DNA from: Octopus vulgaris
Taxonomy: Eukaryota
Direction of reading: 5' to 3'
Length of the DNA: 64,000 nt
Assembly (NCBI GenBank): GCA_951406725.2
Contig: OX597821.1
Span: 31,310,001-31,374,000 of the forward strand
Numbering within the stretch: the first letter of the stretch is position 1; every line of letters starts with the position of its first letter. The notes under the pieces were generated by a model. It was given only the letters and a program-made list of their open reading frames with translations. It searched no databases and had not been told where the DNA came from. A program made the translations under genes and the position numbers. Shown piece by piece: positions 54,481 to 64,000 of this stretch.

Positions 54481-54506
54481 ATATACATATATATATACAT
54501 ACAGGA

Positions 54507-56008
54507 TATCAAGTAGTGATACGACCGTTTCAAGGGGCTCCAGTTAATTGAACGATACAATCATTAGGTCAATTAAAATTTAGTGCCATCATCGACTGAA
54601 CAAACAAATAAATAGAATTTTAACCCGTATAAATTCTATTCGGTCTGAACACCTCTAACCTCCCTCACTACATCCATACCTACTACTTCCCCTTTTCGGA
54701 TTAACTCTATCTCTTCCCTACCTTAATTTTTAATCCCCTGCCGCTTTAAATGTTGGTTTACATGTATTTCTTATTGTTTTCTATATATTCTTATTATCTT
54801 TTCTTATTTTGATATCCTCATCTATTAACCTCTTATCCATTATATGTATTTATTGTTCTTAACTACAATTTTTTCCAGCTACTTCAGTCTATGCGAGATG
54901 GTTATACTATATCCATATAAAATTATAAATATTTGTGTATGTTTATATATATGCATATACGCGCATAACCTATTAATCTCTTATCCCTTTTAAATTATTT
55001 TTTCTTCTTCGTAAATGGCTACTTTTCAGTTACTTAAGATAGTTATTCTATATCCTTATAAAATATGAATATTTGTGTATGTCTATGTATGCATGTGTGC
55101 ACATATATAAGTATGTGTGTGTATCTGTACATACCTTTATTTTCTCTAATTCATGGCATATAATTAATCTATAAATAGCATGTTTATCTTTGCAGTATTC
55201 CATAAGTAAATGTCTCTGAGCAGTCTTTCTGGAAATCACCTAATAAGTAATTAATTAAGTATATAAATGAATATTAAATTGATTCTATGTAATATTTCCT
55301 TTTTAATATTTATATTTGATATATACATACATTTTATATATTTTGCTTATATCATGCTTGACAATCTTAAATTAATTTTTATACAACGTACAATATTGTT
55401 TATAAACACTCACCCATAGTCCCCTACGATAAAATTTTCTCTGTATTAACATCCTAGGTTTTATTAGCGTCTTGTCCCTTTAACTGGTAATTAACATTAT
55501 GATTTAGAGTTCTTCCCTACCCATCCTCCTTTTATAGACAGTTACCCTATATCCGGTTGACTATTTTTCTAACGTTTTCTTTCCTACCTGAGGAAAAGGG
55601 ATACGTATGACAATATTTCTGACCATACCTAGCCATGAGCTATCAACTCTCTCTTGCCCTTTATTTTAAACATACACATTCTTCTAGTCTTAGGTTTAGT
55701 AGGTGATAAAGAGATAATTAAATTTGAAATGAATCACAATCCTTTACAAGCTATGACCCCAATGGGCTTCATGGGATTCTTGGAAGTGTTGTCTATTCTT
55801 AGCTACAATCGCAAAAGCATGATTTCCTTCCATCTTCTTGATCTTTTAAAGTATTTGAGGAAACTTATATTAATGTGTCCCACTGGTTAAAATTTTATTT
55901 ACTTATTTTTGCAGCTGATGATAACACCGCATTTAAATCGACGTAATGATTGCATTGTTCAATTAAATCGTCACGCTTGAAACGGTCGTACTGCATCACT
56001 ACTTGATA
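54507..56008. mobile_element. Old PLE-like remnant with inverted pLTRs, each with an HHR-like motif
   Basis: 54507-54626 is a diverged reverse complement of 55884-56008; strand-skewed AT-rich interior. Confidence 0.7.
55910..55995 (+). ncRNA. Hammerhead ribozyme, partly decayed (base of stem II unpaired)
   Basis: TGCAG CTGATGA ... GAAA C-GGTC-G TA CTGCA. Confidence 0.65.
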
Positions 56009-56430
56009 GATTGTTGCGTATTTTGATTTTATTCAATGGATTGACTTGGTTTTTCAACTTAAGTCCCTAATTCAACTGAATCTCAGTAATAAATGAATAT
56101 ATGTGCGTGTGTGTGTGTGCGCGCGTGCGTGTGTGTGTATTTGAATGGATTGACATGAACTAGAATAATCATTAGTCAGGATTTACATAGTGTTTCGTGC
56201 AAATAAGCACCACATCCACGAGTAAGTGCGGTTTGGGTTCTCTATCACATCATCTTCATATGACCTTATACACGCTCAAAAATCTGACAGGAAACATCAG
56301 AAATCGGAAAATATAATTCTGAAATGAGAAGTATTGAGGATGGCAATGATGACATAGATGATGAGACAACGACGACGACGTCAATGGTAATGAAAAAGAT
56401 GAATCCAAATATAACATGGTTGTCCCATTT

Positions 56431-56728
56431 ATCATCATCATCATCATTTAGCGTCCGCTTTCCATGCTAGCATGGGTTTGACGGTTCAACTGGGGTCTGG
56501 GAAGCTAGAAGGCTGCACCAGGACCATTCTGGTCTGGCAATGTTTCTACGGCTGGATGCCCTTCCTAACGCCAACCACTCCGTGAGTGTGGTGCGTGCTT
56601 TTAACGTGCCACCGGCACAGACACCAGACGAGGCTGGCAAACGGCCACGATCGGATGGTGCTTTTTACGTGCCACCGGCACGGGGGACAGGCGAGGCTGG
56701 CAACGGCCACGATCGGATGGTGCTTTTG
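56431..56728 (-). mobile_element. Nin/Deu-domain-like SINE 3' part with (ATG)n tail and ~61-bp internal tandem duplication
   Basis: GGCTGGATGCCCTTCCTAACGCCAAC; duplicated ACGTGCCACCGGCAC..CGAGGCTGGCAACGGCCACGATCGGATGGTGCTTTT. Confidence 0.8.
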
Positions 56729-57353
56729 CCGATTCAAACATGGCGTAGAAGCTAAACAACTTCAAGTAGAATGAGAAATGTACGTTCCTGAAAGCAGTAA
56801 TTTATATTATGACAGCGCTTTAGATAGATCATGTTTTATTCGTCTTCTAATTAGGATCCGCCTTTCTCTATTGCTTTTAGAAACTTGAAAATGTGAAATA
56901 TGAAATACTGATACACATAGGATTTATGTGTTAAATGTTTAATGTGAAAATGTTAAATATGAAATACAGATATATATACTGAGACTAGTGTGTGCTTTGC
57001 TTCTTTAGTTTCTCTTTAGCTACTTAAAGAACTGTCCGAGGGATAGATATGTATGCACTTGAGTAAAAATCCAGTGAATTCAAATGGATATTTTAAGACA
57101 GTTCTTTTAAAAATGAAATGTAATGCTTTTCTCTATGCAATCCTGTCAACCAGAAAGCCAGTCCCTTCAGACGGGCGCTAGTTGATACTCTCTACAACTA
57201 CCTCCTAGAATGTTACATAAATATTCTGACTTATAAATCTGATAGACAGTGATCGATATCAAATTCACAGTACCCAGTTGCTAGGGCTATTGCAAGACTG
57301 GCTGATCTCCAGGTCTGCCTTCTCACTTTTACGATGTACATACGTGCAGTTAG

Positions 57354-57354
<1 letters not shown>

Positions 57355-57389
<35 letters not shown>

Positions 57390-57396
57390 CTCACTC

Positions 57397-57439
<43 letters not shown>

Positions 57440-57501
57440 TCATATAGATAGATATGGACATATAGATAGATAGATAGATAGATAGATAGATCGATAGATA
57501 T

Positions 57502-57588
<87 letters not shown>

Positions 57589-57590
57589 TT
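57355..57590. repeat. Compound (CA)n/(TA)n/(GATA)n microsatellite
   Basis: Direct inspection. Confidence 0.95.
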
Positions 57591-57974
57591 TACAAATATG
57601 AAACTACTGAACAAAGAATATCTTAGTGTTGGTTTTGACTACAGTTTTGGTAAGGAACACAACCAAGGGCTAACACATATCAGAAATATTGAAATACCGC
57701 GACAAATACACACTTATGATTGTGTGTTCGACAGAAAATTCATGATGTAAAATATATTTTATTTTCTGAAGTATTTGTGTATTTTGAGTGTTTTAAATTA
57801 CACAAATTATAATCAATATGACACAAACTGAAAATTTATATTCAGATATACACTTAGGTTAATCTAGCATTAATATCGCTAGAAATTTAAGGCCAAATTT
57901 TCCAATTTTCTTCGATTACAAGAAAAGCATAATGCAGTAAAGATGAATGGTAATATATACATACATGCATGCAT

Positions 57975-58290
57975 ACATCCATACATAAATATATAAATTT
58001 ATATATATGTGTATGTGTGAGTGTGTGTGTGTCAGCGTGTGTGTATGTATTTATGAGTGTGTGTGAGCGTGTGTGTAATTGTATGGTGTACTGTTTATGT
58101 ATTCGTGTGAATATAAATATCTATGTACATACAACCATACATAAATATATAAATTTACATATATATATATATATATTGTGTGTGTGTATGTGTGTATGTG
58201 TCAGTGTGTGTGTATGCATTTATGAGTGTGTGTGTAATTTTATGGTGTACTGTTTATGTATGTGTGTGAATATAAATATCTATGTACAAT
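57975..58290. repeat. Local ~155-bp tandem duplication
   Basis: CCATACATAAATATATAAATTTA and GTGTAATT.TATGGTGTACTGTTTATGTA..GTGTGAATATAAATATCTATGTACA each occur twice. Confidence 0.8.
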
Positions 58291-58768
58291 ATACACACTC
58301 TCATATGCGTACATATATAGGCAGCACATTGCTGTTTCTATTTTATTGTGCAATTCGCCTCTATTACATATTTATTTATTCATTGACATCGTCTTATGAA
58401 TAGTTTTACTCAAGCTTTCGGTTACCGCTGGGAAATAGCAAATTCCTAACGATTACTGCATTAATAGATTCTGTTAATCCCCAAGGTTTCAGTTAAATTG
58501 AAATATCGATTTAAACGGATTCAGCGATTGCATATATTGGATTAGATGCTTTTTTCATTGTTTATTTTTATAATTACTATTTTGCATTACCACCTTTGCC
58601 ACAATATCAGAACTAGTAAACCAAACCCGAAATTATTTAATGCCTCAGATTTATTGATCGCATGTCATTGTTCTCTACCAACGAAACCGAGGAGTATTCA
58701 TACGCAGAGGCGGCCATATACATGCAGATTAGCAGAATTAAAATCACCTTTACTCACACACACGCAGG

Positions 58769-58855
<87 letters not shown>

Positions 58856-59408
58856 GTATATATTTGCGCGCGCGCCTGTGTGTGTGTGTACTTAACTTGA
58901 GCATTATTTCTGAGAATTTCATGCTAATGAAGCACGCAACACACCTTATATGAAACATCGAGCTGATACGCTACACATCACGTATCTAGAAGTCAGTTAT
59001 CTTTATCTTAGTGATTAAAAGATCAGCTGGCTTTTGCGAATATATTGCCGTGCATCTGACAAGGATTTTACTCATTGTGGACCATTACCGTCTTTATTTT
59101 ACAAGCTCCATATTTTAAGAGCATGTTTGCTTTTAAACATCTGCTATAATGTACAACAAACTTAATTCGGATAATAGTACAATTTCTATAAGAACCACAG
59201 AAGTTTAAAATTACCCGTTTGGAAAAGGTTGCCGATGGAATACGAATTTTTATCTTAGTATTTCTTATCACTGCTTATAATTTATGACTATCGAACTAGT
59301 CTTGCTTGTACCAGTCAAAGACTAATACGTCCTTGCATTGATGGACAGTCGTCCCATATAGTTGGAGTATGCTAGCGTTGGTTTCACAGAATAACAACTA
59401 TTTGCAAT

Positions 59409-59666
59409 AGTTCTATATTTAAGAGACGAGGAATTATGTACGTTATTTACATTATTTACATTTGACGGATATTTGTCCTCATCTTGTTTGTTGTTAACAC
59501 AACATTTCGGCTGATATACCCTCCAGCCTTTATCAGGTGTCTTGGGGAAATTTCGAACCTGGGTTCTCATTCCTATGATTTTGTTGTTATTATTATTATT
59601 ATCGAACTCGGAATCTTGGGGTTATTAGCCTTCGCTCTTAACCACTACGCCATATGCCCGTGGGCA
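59409..59666 (-). mobile_element. tRNA-headed short element with hammerhead-like body
   Basis: Head GGGCATATGGCGTAGTGGTTAAGAGCG...GAGTTCGAT (A and B boxes), (AAT)n spacer, then ACAC CTGATAA AGGCTG..CAGCC GAAA TGTT GTGT at 59497-59540. Confidence 0.75.
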
Positions 59667-59699
59667 ATTTGGAGTGAATTTTAGGGCTTATAAATCTAA

Positions 59700-61381
59700 T
59701 ATTTTTCTATCCCTCAAGACTTATTCGACATCACCAGAGTCCACGCTGAATGGCTCAATGTTGTTGTGAATAGCTGTACCCCATCCACTTTGCAAGGGCA
59801 AAATGGGCTATTCCATACGTTAAGCAGCAACTAAGCAGACTCCACATCCTTCCAAGAGAAGAAGATGCCCTGATGGTGAAACTTCACGCTCTTTATCAAA
59901 ACCAGCTCCCCTGGGTACTGACAGAGACACATTTGGAGAAGAGATTGAGGAGTATAATTATGGTGAAGATGACGAACTTGATAAAAATGATAGTGATAAT
60001 GATGGTACTTATTCTTCCACAAGAAAGCACAACTAATCTGCGACTGGTATGAGACTTGTAACTGGAACAAACATCTCTACCAACAAAGCTGCGAAAATTT
60101 GCAAACAGTTCTCAGAGGAGAGCATTGATATCTAACTCCTTGTCAGAAACTAGTCAGCTGGTAATTTACAAGACACTCTTCAAGAAAGCTGTGTAATGAA
60201 GTGACTCTTGATCGATACGCTACACAATCGGAAATGGAGCCTGCATTTACATGATAATCATATTGACGGAAATGAATATCAAGCGCTAGTCATCAAGAAT
60301 GAAACAGGTGAAGCCAAACTGGCTGCTTTGAAGCTGTATAATGGTAAGACTGAGACCATTGCAGAAGGAATGAAAAGCGTATTGGACGAATTTCATTTGC
60401 GCAGCGCAATCTCAAAGATTATTGCTATTACGATGAGTTTGAATACAGGAGGAAAGAATGGGGTAGTGGTTAACCAGCAGAGAAGGTTCTTGGGATATAA
60501 CAAGCCACAATTCGTGAGCTGCTAATGTCGTGTCTTGGACAGAATCCTGCGCGTTGTTGTGGTTGAGGAGCTAGTAAACAGAAGCAACTTACCCCCAATA
60601 TCGAATAATCTTTTGTGAAAGAACTCATTTCAAATTAAGACCTCCACGGCTCTTGACAGGATGGAACTCATGGCATTGAATATCAAGCTGGCTGGAGAGA
60701 TGATAGGAAGTTGTTTCTGTTCCACTTAACCCGTGCCTCCAGGTTCTTCCATGAAAACGGAGACCTATCTTTCATCAGGTTTCAGAAAATTCCGAACATG
60801 AGTAATGCGAGATAGAGTGCGCGAACAATCTCAGACCTTCTTGCATTTTTCTTTATGCCACTTGTGAGAAGAAGATTCCACCTTGTCTGCCAATTCCTCT
60901 CATATGACTGGGTGAAGCTCTGATTCAGTGACCAAATATATAGATCTGAAGATTATGCAGAGCTATTGCAAGTCTTACTACCCTACACGACTGCTTTGAC
61001 ATGTTTGACAAATCACAGAAAACAAGAGCGAACAATTAGGGTCATGCAAAAAATACACGCCACATGCAAGAACAAAGCTAACATGCCATTCTCTCTAATG
61101 AATTGCCGCAACTTGACTATGGACTTCCTACGACATAAATTCTTTATATTGTTATGGAATGCAGAATACAGTTCTTTTTAACAGTTATGGATTAAACGTT
61201 TTGGATCTTTTTCCTATTTTTTTGTTTATTATTCAATCAGGGTTCTAGTTTTTGGAAATTCACCCAAATGCAAACGAGTATAAAAATATCGAAATCAGTT
61301 ATTGATTTTGATTGTTTTCTAGCAAAAGCTCATCAGAATATGGTACAGGAGTATGGAGTTGTAAAAATGTCGTATCCCTAA
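59700..61381 (+). pseudogene. DNA transposase remnant, hAT (hATm)-like
   Basis: WSLH, KLAALKL.NGK.ETIA, (DTT)..NTG.KNGVV, PQFVSC*CRVLDRILR (CxxH region); many stops; right end ...ATCCCTAA. Confidence 0.6.
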
Positions 61382-61689
61382 TGCACAAAAATAAAATCGG
61401 TGGCTATTTGATATGAAATACTTACAAATAACTACTAGTCAGAATGTGAACGAGAAAACCCCTTATTAGTATATTCCAGTATTTGGTATTTTTATCTTTT
61501 TCAATGGAAGGCTGAGCTTAGTACATATTTCAGTGTTTTGGAGACTTCTAGAAAGGAATGTTGAAAGTATCTTTTAATTGGACAAAATATTTTTGGGAAA
61601 ATTACCATTACAAAAAGGAAGCAAAAAGTGCGATGGATATCAGCCTACTACCCTTGTTGAGAATAGAAATCGAATGGCATATATAGAAA

Positions 61690-61895
61690 TATTCTTTTCT
61701 ACTCTAGGCACAAGGCCCGAATTTGGGGGGACGAAGCCAGTCGATTAAATCGACCCCAGTGCGTAACTGGTACTTGTTTAATCGACCCCGAAAGGATAAA
61801 AGGCAAAGTCGACCTCAGCGGAATTTGAACTCAGAACGTAGCGGCAGACGAAATACCGCTAAGCATTTCGCCCGACGTGCTAACGATTCTGCCAG
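61690..61895 (-). mobile_element. SINE family B
   Basis: Reverse complement of family B head and core, with an alternative tail. Confidence 0.9.
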
Positions 61896-62312
61896 ATTAC
61901 AATATAATCGATAACCTGTTGAAATGTTATGCGCTTTATACCTCAGAAGGAATAAGAACCACACTAGATCTTGTCCGAAATAGAAATCAGAGATCAGCGG
62001 TAGGTCTCTGTTGATAAAAAGAAGAGTGGTAAACATAATTTCATGGTATATACCTTATATTGCAGTAAACCACATTGATCACTCAAGTTATAGCGTCAAC
62101 AGGGATAGAATAAACTACAAATATCAACTGATGACACTTAAACAAACCATCTTAAATAAGGAAGAAACATATTTTAAAACAAATATGACATGCTTCCGTG
62201 TAAGAAATCCTGGGATCAGCGCTCGTGCGAAAGTGTTTGAGTGGCACTGGAAAATGACAATTACAATTATTTTACCATTACGAAGCGCGTTTTCATTATA
62301 GAATATGTTTAA

Positions 62313-62728
62313 GGTGGCGAGCTGGTAGCAATATTAGCCCATCGGGCGAAATACTTAGCGGTATTTCGCCTGCCGCTACGTTCTGAGTTCAAATTCCGCC
62401 GAGGTCGACTTTGCCTTTCATCATTTCGGGGTCGATTAAATAAGTACCAGTTACGCACTGGGGTCGATATAATCGGCTTAATACGTCTGTCTGTCCTTGT
62501 CTGTCGTCTCAGTGTTTAGCCCCATGTGGGTAGTAAAGAAATAGTTATTTCATCTTCCACTACGTTCTGAATTCAAATTCCACCGCGGTTGACTTTGCGT
62601 TTCATCCTTTCGGGATCGACTAAATAACTACCAGTTACGCACTGGAGTCGATGTAATCTACTTAATACTTTTCTCTGTCCTTGTTTATCCCTTTTATGTT
62701 TATTGCCCTTGTGGGCAATAAAGAAATG
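62313..62728 (+). mobile_element. SINE family B dimer (full-length plus 5'-truncated) within one TSD
   Basis: Units 62313-62543 and 62559-62728; AGAATATGTTTAA at 62300-62312 and 62729-62741. Confidence 0.9.
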
Positions 62729-63414
62729 AGAATATGTTTAACATTATTATGTAATTGCTTATTATCATTCGACTTTGAATACGTTAATATAACTGCAATA
62801 TTTTTTTTAGTATAACTGTATTTTGGAGAGTGCTGCAAAAATAATTAACGCTGTGAATTGCTCGTGCAAGCCTACATGTATATATATATATATATATATT
62901 ATATATTAGCAGGATTATAGAAAGAAATTTTATGTATACACACGCACACATACATGTATATATATATTTATATGTTTGCATGTATATATGTGCGTGTATG
63001 TATATTGCTAGAGATATGTATCATTTCATTCTATAGCATGTAACCTTCATAAAGTTGTTTGTAAAAAGTGATTACCTTATGATGATGTAAGTGTTTTCGA
63101 AGTGACATAAACATACACTTGACATGTCGTTAAAAGTTTCCATGCAAATACAAAGTCTTGAAATATATACTTTCCAGAAAATAGAAATAAAGATGCATAA
63201 GTTTATGGAGATGCACAGAGATAAAACGCGTGTGTCATATTCATGTTCTGCCACAATATTAATCATATAATGTCTGTAACGTAATGGAGCTGAAACATGA
63301 AATGATATCAAAATAAGAAGCTGTATATTTCTCACTGAAAATTGTTGCTATCTCTAACAAATCAGATGCGCATTTATATAATATTCAATTAATATATATA
63401 TATATATATACATA

Positions 63415-63455
<41 letters not shown>

Positions 63456-63458
<3 letters not shown>

Positions 63459-64000
63459 TTTGACTTTGATTTTGATTTTTCCAGTTTCAGCTAATGAGCT
63501 GTGGCCATGCTGGGGCACCGCCATTTGGTTTGCTACACGATTTTACCTCACGGATGCTTTTTAGCAAACGCCATCTGATGCATGAGAGAGTTCGATGCAG
63601 CTGCCCTCATCTGCACCTCCTGCCGTGAAGTTGGTTCATCCGGGACACCTGACAGGAAGAGATCCAGTCCTACTTTAAAGACATCCGCATCCACACCATG
63701 CAGGTCCCTCAGGTTCTTCGGGAGGATATTGAAGAGCTGTGGGCCTCTGAAGCCCAGGCTATCACAATAGCTTGTCCTACATCTTGATGGCAAATTTGGA
63801 GTCCTTGGTACTACGCAGAGGCGTCCGGTTCTGGCATTTGTGTGACTCTCGATGCCAAAGTCTGGGACAAGTCCTTCCATAATCTTCCAAATATATATTA
63901 TGGCATATCTTTCTCGCCTACGCTCCAGGGAATAGAGCTTTAATCTCTTGAGTCTTTCCCAGTAGCTCATATGTTGCACAGAGGCTATCTTCTTCGTGTA
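63456..64000 (-). mobile_element. CR1-group LINE 3' end (ORF2 C-terminus and 3' UTR), continues past window end
   Basis: MSYWERLKRLKLYSLERRRERYAIIYIWKI..GL.P, GPQLFN.LP..LR, FK..LD.FL..VPDEP; (AAAATC)-like tail. Confidence 0.92.

Noticed and set aside
63076-63334. Possible minus-strand exon (TTTTCAG acceptor, AG/GTAAT donor, open frame)
   Set aside because: No recognisable protein similarity or partner exons; such signals arise by chance

Overview
AT-rich eukaryotic (metazoan) DNA dense in (TA)n/(CA)n/(GATA)n microsatellites and interspersed repeats. The repeat repertoire resembles an octopus/cephalopod genome (inference). No host protein-coding gene can be supported, so the window is intergenic or intronic. 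The main coding feature is a near-intact Penelope-like retroelement (PLE) at 1-4789 (minus). Its reverse transcriptase and C-terminal GIY-YIG endonuclease form one ~957-aa ORF broken by a single extra base in a T7 run, and it is capped by an inverted pseudo-LTR carrying a type I hammerhead ribozyme (HHR). The window holds six HHRs with intact cores and about eight degenerate or variant HHR-like motifs, mostly in short non-coding elements inserted in (TA)n tracts and showing inverted termini. The most striking are: (i) a 535-bp non-coding tandem repeat plus a 547-bp inverted copy carrying three HHRs (retrozyme-like, 41764-43306); (ii) an adjacent inverted-repeat element that captured 175 bp of local genomic DNA from 2.4 kb upstream; (iii) a tRNA-headed SINE with an HHR-like body; (iv) HHRs with a poly(A)-signal hexamer inside stem-loop II. 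The rest is tRNA-derived SINEs (at least four families), RTE/CR1 LINE fragments, mariner and hAT-like remnants, MITEs and a Crypton/HINE-like element with a nested insertion.
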